Shown one piece after another: positions 47,640-56,976 of a DNA stretch of 64,000 bases (within the stretch, counting starts at the first letter, position 1; the number at the start of each line of letters is the position of its first letter). The notes below the pieces were generated by a model. That model ran no database searches. It was given only the letters and a program-made list of their open reading frames with translations, and was not told where the DNA came from. Position numbers and translations under genes: made by a program. The stretch covers positions 530 through 64,529 of the forward strand of contig CAZLLO010000004.1 in the NCBI GenBank assembly GCA_964560525.1, read 5' to 3'. This DNA comes from an uncultured Candidatus Saccharibacteria bacterium. Lineage in GTDB: Bacteria > Patescibacteriota > Dojkabacteria > SC72.

Positions 47640-49355
47640 TTACCAACTTCCACCACCACCACCACCAAATCCACCACCACTACTTCCTCCACTAAAACCG
47701 CTAAACCCTGACCCACCTTTTGAAGAAGCAAACCCATTAGCACTATTACTTGGTGTCGCATGAGAAACAACTTGTTGGTTCATATGGTTTAGAGAGTTCA
47801 TCATGAGGTAAGAGTTAAACATATTTGTGTCACCTTCATACCAATATGGCTGTTCGGTGTATATGTCTTCAAACTCTTTTGCCCATTTCTTTTCTAATCC
47901 AAAGATCATTGCGTAGGGAAGAAGTTTCTCAAAAAGGCCAAGATATTTCTTGGGATTATCATGGAATTCAATTCTGTGCTGTTCTGCGGTCTTAATGTAA
48001 AGTTTCAAGCCCTCTAATTCGTAGAAGATCTCATTGCCTTCCTTTGTTCGTTTATCTATTTGGTATGCAAATATGAAAACTATTACGAAAGAAATTAGTA
48101 AGCCAAATAACCAGCTGGCAGCTGCATTCTCTACAAAGTACCTTATTAGAAACAGGGTCAACGATATTGCGATGATTGCAATTACAAAGAAGATAGATTG
48201 TATTTTTCGCTGGTGAATAGAAAGATAGTTATCTTCATAAAGTTGATTATCAACAGAAGTTTTCAGTGTTTGAACAACATTGTAAAATTTGTTACTAAGA
48301 TTTTTTAAGCTCACAGTATCTTTACTACCAAACAATCCTTCGTACAGTATTTTCTCGTTTTTATCTTGTGGTGCCTCTTTTTCAGTTTTAATTAATTCAT
48401 AATCCTTCTTCGATACTTGCTTTATCTTAATATATTTATTTATTGCAAGATGGATTATCTGTGCAGTTATGGTGCTGTTAACAAGGTTCTTCTTGAAAAG
48501 ATATCCAGCAGTTAACGGATTAAAACCTTTAGGAACATCATAGTTTGGAATAACTGTGATCTTTTTATTTTTATTGATAATAGGAGAAAGGATCAATACA
48601 ACAATGATTGCCAAAATAGGAAGAAAGAAACCGAGATTTGCGAATATTGTTTGTACCCTTTGCTGATTTGTTGTGTCTGCTATTGTGCCCTTTGGCATGG
48701 CTAGAACAACGGTAAGTCCCTCATATGTATTAAGATTGTTTGCTTTCACAGACACCTTATTCCCCCCAAGTTCCGTAAATGTGCAATTTGACTCTGTAGA
48801 ATCTGTGGTACCTGTATAGCAAAGTTTATCTGTGATTTCTCCTGGTACTATGATATTAGCAATTACCTCATTTATGGGAACTTCCCATCCAGTACCTGTG
48901 ACATTTATATATAGTTCATCATGGTCATCAAAATAATTGATTGCATATATCAATTTATAGTCTAAAACAAAGGTATAATCTCCTGTAATAGTGGTATCTG
49001 CATCTCCAATTTTGAATATCACATATCCGTTATTAGTACTTCTATCATATGATGTAAATTGATCATTCGGGAAATCCTTCTGAAAATAGTAAAGGTCGTT
49101 AAGTTTTAATAGTGTTGGTCTTTTAAAGGATCCAGATGTCTTGTAGCTGACAGGAATTTCTCTGTATATTCCATGCCTTGCGAAAGTGAAGTGATAGTCT
49201 ATTTTCTCATTTATAGAAATGGACGCGTCTTGGTTAAGTGTTATCTCGCTATTAAACGTCTTAACATAATCGGTATATTCTTCTGCAAATATTTTTGTAG
49301 GTAATATTGAAACAATACCCAACACTAGTGAAAGCGCAATGAATAGCTTCTTCAT
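47640..49355 (-). CDS. DUF2207 membrane protein
   Basis: HGIYREIP, FEKLLPYAMIFG, Gly/Ser C-terminus GGGFGGGGGGSW; next to lemA. Confidence 0.92.
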   Translation of the reverse strand: MKKLFIALSLVLGIVSILPTKIFAEEYTDYVKTFNSEITLNQDASISINEKIDYHFTFARHGIYREIPVSYKTSGSFKRPTLLKLNDLYYFQKDFPNDQFTSYDRSTNNGYVIFKIGDADTTITGDYTFVLDYKLIYAINYFDDHDELYINVTGTGWEVPINEVIANIIVPGEITDKLCYTGTTDSTESNCTFTELGGNKVSVKANNLNTYEGLTVVLAMPKGTIADTTNQQRVQTIFANLGFFLPILAIIVVLILSPIINKNKKITVIPNYDVPKGFNPLTAGYLFKKNLVNSTITAQIIHLAINKYIKIKQVSKKDYELIKTEKEAPQDKNEKILYEGLFGSKDTVSLKNLSNKFYNVVQTLKTSVDNQLYEDNYLSIHQRKIQSIFFVIAIIAISLTLFLIRYFVENAAASWLFGLLISFVIVFIFAYQIDKRTKEGNEIFYELEGLKLYIKTAEQHRIEFHDNPKKYLGLFEKLLPYAMIFGLEKKWAKEFEDIYTEQPYWYEGDTNMFNSYLMMNSLNHMNQQVVSHATPSNSANGFASSKGGSGFSGFSGGSSGGGFGGGGGGSW

Positions 49356-49365
49356 ATTTTTCCTA

Positions 49366-49917
49366 TTAGAACTTTATTTCAACATTCTTTTGCTCTTCAT
49401 CTGTTGCTTCAAAGAATGGTTCTGCCTTAAATCCAAACATTCCAGCTAAGATATTGTTTGGGAAGACGACGATCATCGTATTAAAGTCTCTAACAGTACC
49501 ATTGTAAAATCTTCTAGATTTTTGAATATTATCTTCTAAATCCTTTAAACTTGCCTGTAAATCTAAGAAGTTGGTATTTGCTTTCAATTCGGGGTAATTT
49601 TCTGCTAATGCAAATATTTTAGAGAGACCCTTTGAAAGTTGATCTTCCAATCCAGCTTTTTCTTCAAATGATTCCGATGACATTGCCTTGTTTCTTAACT
49701 CTGTAACAGCTTCGAATGTACCTTTTTCATGCTGAGCATAGCCTTTTACAATCTCTACAAGATTAGGAATCATGTCATATCTTTGTTTAAGAATTGTTTC
49801 AATATCTGCTGAAGCTTCGCTTATTAAAACTTTTTGCTTTGAAAGTCTGTTGTAAAGAGATACCAGGATTATTGCTAAGAGCAATACGATTCCTAATGTT
49901 ATGTACAGCGCTGTCAT
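49366..49917 (-). CDS. lemA: LemA family protein
   Basis: RYDMIPNLVE.VKGYA.HE, AENYPELKA, RRFYN...FPNN. Confidence 0.95.
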   Translation of the reverse strand: MTALYITLGIVLLLAIILVSLYNRLSKQKVLISEASADIETILKQRYDMIPNLVEIVKGYAQHEKGTFEAVTELRNKAMSSESFEEKAGLEDQLSKGLSKIFALAENYPELKANTNFLDLQASLKDLEDNIQKSRRFYNGTVRDFNTMIVVFPNNILAGMFGFKAEPFFEATDEEQKNVEIKF

Positions 49918-49978
49918 TTTTGTATTTATTCAACTTATATCTTTCTATTTTAGATTCTTTCAATATGGAATGCAACAT

Positions 49979-50006
49979 AAAAAGAAACCCCTCCGATGGA
50001 GGGGTT
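49979..50006 (-). terminator. intrinsic terminator
   Basis: AACCCCTCC-ATC-GGAGGGGTT followed by TCTTTTT. Confidence 0.8.
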
Positions 50007-50030
50007 ATACATGCGAATTGTAAGTACGGA

Positions 50031-50225
50031 CTATTTCTTCTTAGCTACCTTTTTTGTAGCTTTCTTTTTAACAACTTTCTTTGCAGTTGTTTTCTTTACA
50101 GCCTTTTTAGCAACTTTTTTCTTTGCTACTTTTTTTACAGCTTTTTTGACAACTTTCTTTTTCATTGTCTTTTTTGCTGCTGGCTTTTTAACAACCTTTT
50201 TCTTTGTTGTTTTAGCTTTGGGCAT
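50031..50225 (-). CDS. histone H1/Hc2-like Lys-rich protein
   Basis: 64 aa of KK(V/A/T)(V/A) repeats; TTGACA promoter upstream and terminator downstream. Confidence 0.8.
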   Translation of the reverse strand: MPKAKTTKKKVVKKPAAKKTMKKKVVKKAVKKVAKKKVAKKAVKKTTAKKVVKKKATKKVAKKK

Positions 50226-50317
50226 TTTTGTAAAGCTAATAGATTAATACTATTAATTTAACACTTGGGGAATGTTTGTCAATATCTTCGAGGGGAGGAT
50301 CAGTTACTGGTTATTTA

Positions 50318-50563
50318 CTATATTGATTCTTCACTACTGAATTCGAAGTATTTGAAACTTGCATCTTCGTGAGAAGCAGATTCTAGTATATATATTATGA
50401 ATGGCTCAACGTCACTGGTTCGACTTATTTTTCCATTCTCATTAAGACCAGAGGTGCAAGCGTAGCCAGGGGCTCCGCAGGTTACTATAACAGGGAACAT
50501 TATTACGAAGATAATGATTGCAAGAATAATAATCAATGTTCGGTTTCTTTTTTTTGTATACAT
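50318..50563 (-). CDS. small membrane-anchored hypothetical protein
   Basis: Basic N-terminus, TM, CGAPGYAC. Confidence 0.6.
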   Translation of the reverse strand: MYTKKRNRTLIIILAIIIFVIMFPVIVTCGAPGYACTSGLNENGKISRTSDVEPFIIYILESASHEDASFKYFEFSSEESI

Positions 50564-50587
50564 CTATTTATTTGTAAATTTATCTTC

Positions 50588-51580
50588 CTATTTTAATATT
50601 GTAATCAGGGTATATGCAAGGTAACCTAGAATCATAACAAGACCAGAGATTTTGCTCAATGTTTTATTTCTCCCAAGGAGTTTCATTTCGGCAAGAATAA
50701 GTATAACCATCACAGCACCGTATAGATTTACAAAGAAAGTGTCGTTCATTACACCTGCCCCCACGTTAAATGGTTTAAGGATTGCTAATAGGCCTATACC
50801 TAACCCTAAATTTAGAATATTTCCACCAAATACATTCCCAACAATAAGATCATTATTTCCTTTTTTTGCTGCTACGATACTAGCTACGATTGTAGGAATG
50901 GAAGTACCTATACCTACAAGAGTTAAACCTAATATATAGCTACTAATCCCTGTGGCTTGAGAGAAAATCGGAGTAAGCAGAGTTATACCAAGTGATGCGA
51001 CTAAGATAACTAAGATCAATATCGCGATACTAAATAGCTGTTTCCCGACATCCGTAGCATCAACTTTATGATGTTTCAGTCCTACAACATTTTTAAAATC
51101 TTCCTCAGTATCTTTGTTTTTATGTAGATATCCATATTGAATAATAATGACCCATGCAGCCACTAAGAAAAGAACTAAAATAATTCCATCGACCCTGGAT
51201 ATTTGTCCATCTATTATTAATGCAGTAAAGAGAGCAGTAATTGCAAAGTACAAGGGAATTTCTTTTTCAAATACTTCTTGCTTTACCATGATTGTCGTCA
51301 TAAAGGCTGGAATACCTAAAGCAAGGCCAAGATTTACATAGTTAGTACCTATGAGATTACCTAGAGCGATATCTTGTTGATTCCCAATGAATGCCATGAT
51401 ACTTACAAGTAGAGTTGGAGCTCCTGTTGTTAATGCTACAAGAGTTGTTCCAATGAGTATGTCACTTACACCAATATTCCTCGCAAGTTTGATGGAAATA
51501 TTTACAAGATATTTTCCACTAAAGGTTAATATGATAAAGCAGACAATGAGTCCAAGTGTAGATAATAGAAACGCTGACAT
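50588..51580 (-). CDS. calcium/sodium antiporter paralog
   Basis: TGAPT/GTSIPT repeats, GNLIGTN/GNVFGGN; start moved out of the tRNA to ATG 51580. Confidence 0.85.
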   Translation of the reverse strand: MSAFLLSTLGLIVCFIILTFSGKYLVNISIKLARNIGVSDILIGTTLVALTTGAPTLLVSIMAFIGNQQDIALGNLIGTNYVNLGLALGIPAFMTTIMVKQEVFEKEIPLYFAITALFTALIIDGQISRVDGIILVLFLVAAWVIIIQYGYLHKNKDTEEDFKNVVGLKHHKVDATDVGKQLFSIAILILVILVASLGITLLTPIFSQATGISSYILGLTLVGIGTSIPTIVASIVAAKKGNNDLIVGNVFGGNILNLGLGIGLLAILKPFNVGAGVMNDTFFVNLYGAVMVILILAEMKLLGRNKTLSKISGLVMILGYLAYTLITILK

Positions 51581-51607
51581 ATGAGCAGATTGATCAAATA
51601 TAGAATA

Positions 51608-51681
51608 TCGGGGTGACACGACTTGAACGTGCGACCTCTGCGTCCCAAACGCAGCGTTCTAGCCAACTGAACTACACCCCG
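51608..51681 (-). tRNA. tRNA-Pro(TGG)
   Basis: CGGGGTG...CACCCCG-A, anticodon loop TT-TGG-GA. Confidence 0.95.
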
Positions 51682-51715
51682 ATAACTGTGTGATTTTAAC
51701 ATAACATATCAAAAG

Positions 51716-51743
51716 AAAAAAGGGAGATGTTTAGTCTCCCTTT
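51716..51743 (-). terminator. intrinsic terminator
   Basis: AAAGGGAGA...TCTCCCTTTTTT. Confidence 0.75.
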
Positions 51744-51768
51744 AAATAACAATTCAAAAATGACTTCT

Positions 51769-52104
51769 TTATATTGCAGAGAGTAGCTTTAGAGCTAAAT
51801 CTGTTACTACGGGGATATCAAATCTCTCACCCTTGTATGCTTTAACCATACCAACAATCATCAATACCAATGTAAGTGGTGCAAGCAACCAACCTATGAT
51901 TGGAACCCATGTGAAGAGTTGTAAAACTCCAACCAATGTATATTGAGCACCCATATATCTAACAAAATCATCATCTTTCTCAACTAACATAAGGATAAGA
52001 CCAACAATAGGAATACATGCGAGTACACCCATCCATTGGTTCTTTTCATTATACTTAATACCGTCTAATGTAAAAACTTTCTTTGCTTTTTTCTCTGTAG
52101 CCAT
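51769..52104 (-). CDS. DUF4870/Tic20-like membrane protein
   Basis: EKDDDFVRY, IGWLL, GMVKAYKGERFDIP. Confidence 0.8.
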   Translation of the reverse strand: MATEKKAKKVFTLDGIKYNEKNQWMGVLACIPIVGLILMLVEKDDDFVRYMGAQYTLVGVLQLFTWVPIIGWLLAPLTLVLMIVGMVKAYKGERFDIPVVTDLALKLLSAI

Positions 52105-52238
52105 AGTTACTAATTAAATAAATTATATTTCCTAAGGATACAATCACTTTTCTCCATTTGCAAGGGGTATACTATAAGTAGTTGCAGGGACATGGTGTAG
52201 AGGTATACTGGTATATATAAATTATTAACATAATATAT

Positions 52239-52895
52239 ATGGGAGGTATACTGACAGGGAAACAAGAATTAGTGCTTAAAGCTATTAGAGATTTTTTCTT
52301 AGAAAATAGCTATGCACCATCATTATCAGAGCTGCAAAAGCTTTTAGGAATTTCTACTAAGCGTGGAGTTGTAATACATTTAATGGCGCTGGAGAAGAAG
52401 GGGTATATCATTAGAACTAATGAACCAAGGGGTATACGTTTAGTAGACGAAAATGACGAGGCTATTAGTTTTGAATATCTGGTAGGTATACCTATCTTAG
52501 GGTATGTAAACGCTGGAACACCACTTGTGAGTGCTGAAGAAGAGAACTTAGGTGTAATAAAGGTGCAAGATAATTTATTAGGCAAAATAAAGAAAGGATT
52601 GTTTTCAGTAATTGTAAAAGGAGACTCCATGAATGAAGAAATTGTTGGAGATACAAAGATATCAGATGGGAATTATCTAATAGTAGATAAGAACAGCACG
52701 GTTGAGGATGGTGATGTTGTCGTGGCGATTATAGAGAACTCTGCCACAGTAAAAAAGATAAAGAAAGATAAAGATATGATAGTTTTATATCCTCATTCTA
52801 GTAATCCCATACATCAGCCAATTTTCATAAACAGAGATTGGAGCGGTTTAATTAATGGGAAAGTAGTAAAAGTTCTCAAAAAACCAACTACCTAA
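52239..52895 (+). CDS. lexA: SOS repressor LexA
   Basis: wHTH (APSLSEL...HLMALEKKGYI), NAG cleavage site, GDSM Ser, TVKK Lys. Confidence 0.94.
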   Translation: MGGILTGKQELVLKAIRDFFLENSYAPSLSELQKLLGISTKRGVVIHLMALEKKGYIIRTNEPRGIRLVDENDEAISFEYLVGIPILGYVNAGTPLVSAEEENLGVIKVQDNLLGKIKKGLFSVIVKGDSMNEEIVGDTKISDGNYLIVDKNSTVEDGDVVVAIIENSATVKKIKKDKDMIVLYPHSSNPIHQPIFINRDWSGLINGKVVKVLKKPTT

Positions 52896-53586
52896 TCTCT
52901 ACATTTAGAACATAAGGCTTAATATTTCTCTTTAGGGTTCTTAATTCTGCCTCTGTAAAAGAATTCGTAGAAGAAAGAGTAGGGTTTATTGTCTTACCAG
53001 GTCTAAAATTTTGTACATAGTACTGTTTAGCCCCTTTGATCATTTGACCAATACTTATTGAAGAGTTTGTATCGTGTATTCCTTTGACATAAGTAGTTCT
53101 AAATTCGTAATCAACGCCAGAGTTCATAATAGTAGAGATAGATTCACTAATTTTCTTTAGTGTATTTTCACCGGTATATGTAGTGTAGTCTTTTTCTGGA
53201 TATTTGATATCCATGGAGACATAGTCTAAAAGGTTTTTCTTAAGAAGATTTGAGAGTTTCTTAGGAAGGAGGCCATTAGTATCAAGTTTAACTAGATAGC
53301 CCATGTCCTTGATTTTAATAACAAAATCCTCCAGCTCATCGTACAAAAGAGGTTCTCCTCCAGTAATGACTACTGCATCTAGCTTCCCTGTACGACTCTT
53401 TAAGAATCTTAATACTTTCTCATTATCAAAAGTATCTTCTTCTTTGAGTTCATGAATGACTAATTCAGGATTATGACAATACTCACACCTTAAATTACAG
53501 CCATGTGTGAATATTATGGCAGAAATCTTGCCAGGGTAGTCAATTAACGAAACTTTTTCTAAGCCTGCGATTCTGAACATGGACAT
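52888..53586 (-). CDS. nrdG: anaerobic RNR activating radical-SAM enzyme
   Basis: SLIDYPG, GCNLRCEYCHN, ITGGEP, DTNG, EFRTT. Confidence 0.93.
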   Translation of the reverse strand: MSMFRIAGLEKVSLIDYPGKISAIIFTHGCNLRCEYCHNPELVIHELKEEDTFDNEKVLRFLKSRTGKLDAVVITGGEPLLYDELEDFVIKIKDMGYLVKLDTNGLLPKKLSNLLKKNLLDYVSMDIKYPEKDYTTYTGENTLKKISESISTIMNSGVDYEFRTTYVKGIHDTNSSISIGQMIKGAKQYYVQNFRPGKTINPTLSSTNSFTEAELRTLKRNIKPYVLNVEIR

Positions 53587-53714
53587 TCTGTCATTTTAAA
53601 GAATTTTCTATCTCCCCATTCAGCCTGCTTCCCTACGTTCCATTGGCTTACAGGTCTGATATATCCTACAACTCTAGAATATACCTCACATCTTTGTCTT
53701 GTAACTTTCTTCAT
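53559..53714 (-). CDS. stand-alone NrdD glycyl-radical peptide (51 aa)
   Basis: Missing from ORF track: MKKVTRQRCEVYSRVVGYIRPVSQWNVGKQAEWGDRKFFKMTECPCSESQA; RVVGY is the radical loop. Confidence 0.92.
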   Translation of the reverse strand: MKKVTRQRCEVYSRVVGYIRPVSQWNVGKQAEWGDRKFFKMTECPCSESQA

Positions 53715-53742
53715 ATTATTGGGCAATTAATTTAAATATATA

Positions 53743-55806
53743 CTAAATAACTTCATCAAACTCCATACCATCTCTATAACCAACCTCAATATCACACTTA
53801 GGACAGTACCTATGTTCTCCAGGTATATACCCATGTTTAGGACATACACTAAAGGTAGGAGTTAAAGAGAAATATGGTAATTTGTAATTTTCTGCTATCT
53901 TCCTGACTAGATTCTTTACGCTTGTAGGAGAAGAAATCTTCTCACCAATATACAAATGCAACACTGTGCCACCTGTATATTTACATTGATATTCATCTTG
54001 TTTATCTAAAGCTTCAAAAATATCATCGGTAAAATTCACAGGAAGCTGAGAACTATTTGTATAGTAGGGAATAGCTCCAGGTTTCTCAACCATATCCGCC
54101 GCAGTTATAATATCGGGGAACTTCTTTTTATCTGCTTTTGCAAACTTGTAGGTAGCACCCTCACCAGGAGATGCCTCTAGATTAAACATTTGATTGGTCT
54201 TAGCCTGGTAATCCATTAGTTTCTCTCTCATATGGTCCATTATTTCTAACCCAAACTCTCGACCTTCTTCAGAAGTTATACCCTTGTCTCTATCCTTGAA
54301 GAAGTTTACTAGAGATTCATTCAATCCTAATATACCAATAGTATTGAAGTGATTCTTGTAATATTCTCCAAATCTTTTTTTAACATCTGCAAGATAGAAC
54401 TTGGAGTATGGGTAAAGCCCTTTCTCTGTATACTTCTCGATGAAATCACGCTTTATGAGCAAACTCTCCTTTGCCAGCTCCATCATACGATCCAATCTCT
54501 CGAAATATTCCTTCTTTGTTTTACTCAAATACCCGATCTTAGGTAAATTAATTGTCACAACACCTAAACTCCCTGTTAAAGGATTGGCACCAAAGAGACC
54601 ACCACCTCTTTTTCTAAGTTCTCTGTTATCTAATCTCAACCTACAACACATACTTCTAGCATCATCAGGATTCATATCGGAATTGATGAAGTTAGAGAAG
54701 TAAGGGATACCGTATTTAGCTGTCATCTCCCATACAGGTTTGTAGTTGGGATTCTCCCAATCAAAATTCTTAGTAATATTGTATGTAGGTATTGGGAAAG
54801 AGAATAATCTTCCTTGAGAATCACCCTCCATCATTACTTCACAGAAAGCTCTATTTAACATACCCATTTCTTCTGTGAAATCTTTGTATTTCTCCTTTTG
54901 AACCTTTCCTCCTATGATTACACCCTGCTCAGCTAAAATTCCTGAAGGAATTAAATCCATTGTGATATTGGTAAAAGGTGTTTGGCATCCTACTCTTGTA
55001 GGTACATTCATGTTATACAAGAATTCTTGCATCTTTTGCTTAACCTCTTTGTAGGTTAATTTGTCATATCTGATAAAAGGAGCTAGATAGGTATCAAAAC
55101 TAGAAAAGGCTTGGGCTCCAGCTGCCTCATGCTGCAAGGTGTAGAAGAAGTTAACACATTGACCAAGAGCTGCACCAAGATGTTTTGCAGGCCCAGAAGA
55201 TATCTTACCAGAAACACCTGTGAAGCCTTTTAGAAGCAAATCCTCTAAACTCCAACCACAACAATATACTGCCAACATACCAAGATCATGGATATGAATA
55301 TCCTTATCTATATTCGCGTTTGATATTTCTTTGGGATATATACTGTGAAGCCAATAGTTAGCTTGAATTGTAGAAGATAGGTAGTTATTTAAACCTTGCC
55401 ATGAGTAGGTCATGTTGCTATTTTCGTTTACCTGCCAATCAAGCTGATCAATATATCCTCTAACAAGAGTATCAGCATCTACAAGAGATTTGATATTCAT
55501 TACCTGATTCTTTAAATCCACGAAAAGCCCAAATGCAATAGATGTTTTTCCATGGCCCATATCTATTAAGACCTGTTTTACAACATCTGCTATTTCCTCT
55601 GTTTTAACATATTTTCGTTTAGGATATTTTGCTACTAGTCTTGCTATCACCTCATTAGTTATCTCTTCAGCTCTTTTTCTATCATGCCCGCCAACACTCT
55701 CTGCTGCCTTAAATACACCAGTAGAAATTCTTTCACTCTCAAACTTAACAATTCTTCCATCTCTCTTCTTGACCTGGAACGGGACTTGTTTTTTTAGGGC
55801 AGCCAT
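53743..55806 (-). CDS. nrdD: class III ribonucleotide reductase, large subunit (no C-terminal Gly loop)
   Basis: ATP cone, HIHDL, YCCGW, SMCCRL, YTGGTVLH, CPKH..CPKC zinc site. Confidence 0.96.
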   Translation of the reverse strand: MAALKKQVPFQVKKRDGRIVKFESERISTGVFKAAESVGGHDRKRAEEITNEVIARLVAKYPKRKYVKTEEIADVVKQVLIDMGHGKTSIAFGLFVDLKNQVMNIKSLVDADTLVRGYIDQLDWQVNENSNMTYSWQGLNNYLSSTIQANYWLHSIYPKEISNANIDKDIHIHDLGMLAVYCCGWSLEDLLLKGFTGVSGKISSGPAKHLGAALGQCVNFFYTLQHEAAGAQAFSSFDTYLAPFIRYDKLTYKEVKQKMQEFLYNMNVPTRVGCQTPFTNITMDLIPSGILAEQGVIIGGKVQKEKYKDFTEEMGMLNRAFCEVMMEGDSQGRLFSFPIPTYNITKNFDWENPNYKPVWEMTAKYGIPYFSNFINSDMNPDDARSMCCRLRLDNRELRKRGGGLFGANPLTGSLGVVTINLPKIGYLSKTKKEYFERLDRMMELAKESLLIKRDFIEKYTEKGLYPYSKFYLADVKKRFGEYYKNHFNTIGILGLNESLVNFFKDRDKGITSEEGREFGLEIMDHMREKLMDYQAKTNQMFNLEASPGEGATYKFAKADKKKFPDIITAADMVEKPGAIPYYTNSSQLPVNFTDDIFEALDKQDEYQCKYTGGTVLHLYIGEKISSPTSVKNLVRKIAENYKLPYFSLTPTFSVCPKHGYIPGEHRYCPKCDIEVGYRDGMEFDEVI

Positions 55807-55824
55807 CTAGTGTGTATTAAAAAT

Positions 55825-56274
55825 TTAAAGTTTTTCTAAACTATTTATTTCTTCTTTAACATCATTAAGATCCTTAAATTCTTTGTAAACAGATGCAAAA
55901 CGAATATATGCCAATGGGTCTTTGTGTCTTAGCCACTCTAATATCATATGGCCAATTTCCTTTGAAGTAACAGGCTCTTCGCTGTTAATAACATACCTTT
56001 CAACCTCTTCTGCAAAATCCTCAACCTCTTGTGCACTAACAATATTTTCATTAATAGCTTTACGTACACCTTTTACTATTTTGTTTACGTCAAATATTTC
56101 TAAAGAGCCATCTTTCTTAACTATTGAAACATCCATTTTTTCGATTCTTTCATATGTAGTAAATCGTTTACCACATCTCAAACACTGACGTCTCCGTCGG
56201 GTTGAGCTATCTTCTCGATTATCTCGCTTGTCTACTACTTTCGTTGTATCGCAAGCACAAAATGGACATCTCAT
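55825..56274 (-). CDS. nrdR: transcriptional repressor NrdR
   Basis: MRCPFC, RRRRQC..CGKRFTTYE, AYIRFASVY. Confidence 0.96.
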   Translation of the reverse strand: MRCPFCACDTTKVVDKRDNREDSSTRRRRQCLRCGKRFTTYERIEKMDVSIVKKDGSLEIFDVNKIVKGVRKAINENIVSAQEVEDFAEEVERYVINSEEPVTSKEIGHMILEWLRHKDPLAYIRFASVYKEFKDLNDVKEEINSLEKL

Positions 56275-56282
56275 ATTTTTAT

Positions 56283-56392
56283 ACACAACATATTGTGTGT
56301 GTCTCTAAGCTACCCCCAACCAGTAGTATCGGTCAAGAGCCGATAGTGCACATGTTGTATAGTCATTGATTTATCAATACAACATACAGTAG
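56283..56392. promoter_or_regulatory. array of four NrdR boxes
   Basis: ACACAACATATTGTGT (56283), CCCCAACCAGTAGTAT (56314), AGTGCACATGTTGTAT (56345), ATACAACATACAGTAG (56377). Confidence 0.75.
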
Positions 56393-56487
56393 GAAAATAT
56401 TACAGGACTAGTTATGGAATATATAAGACTTTGACTACATGAACAGAAGCAGATAACATATATAACTAAGTTTATAACTCAAAAATT

Positions 56488-56976
56488 GTGATAATCGATT
56501 TAAAATCTTTTCCTGCATTACGTGAATCAGAATTAAAAGGTAAAACAATTGTTTGTACCTCTGGCTTCTTTGACCCAATACATCCAGGGCATGTTTCTTG
56601 TATTATGGAATCTAAAAAATTCGGAGATATATTAATAGTTGTCGTCGATGGTGATCAAAGAGCCGTAACAAAGAAAGGAAAATCCTTTATGCCCGAGATG
56701 GATAGAGCATATATTGTTGACCATCTTCCTGGGGTTGATTATGTAACGATATATAATCATCCAACTGAAAACAATTGTATTGAAGCCATTGATATTATAC
56801 GTCCTGATGTCTTTACAAAAGGTGGCGATAGAGTGGGTAATACAACACCAGAGGCAAAGTTAATAGAAGGTTATGGTGGAAGAATAGAATATAATGTTGG
56901 GGATCCCAAGATATGGTCTAGCTCTGACTACCTAGAAGATTGGCATCAGTTTCGAAAAACGCAAGAAACTACCTAA
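56488..56976 (+). CDS. cytidylyltransferase-family nucleotidyltransferase
   Basis: SGFFDPIHPGH (HxGH), KGGDR, SSS. Confidence 0.88.
   Translation: MIIDLKSFPALRESELKGKTIVCTSGFFDPIHPGHVSCIMESKKFGDILIVVVDGDQRAVTKKGKSFMPEMDRAYIVDHLPGVDYVTIYNHPTENNCIEAIDIIRPDVFTKGGDRVGNTTPEAKLIEGYGGRIEYNVGDPKIWSSSDYLEDWHQFRKTQETT

Noticed and set aside
49996-50247. Phe-rich plus-strand ORF resembling a membrane protein
   Set aside because: Reverse complement of the Lys-rich gene; promoter and terminator favour the minus strand.
52105-52238. SOS box upstream of lexA (GGTATACT twice)
   Set aside because: These look like -10 elements, and no shared palindrome was found upstream of uvrB or uvrC.
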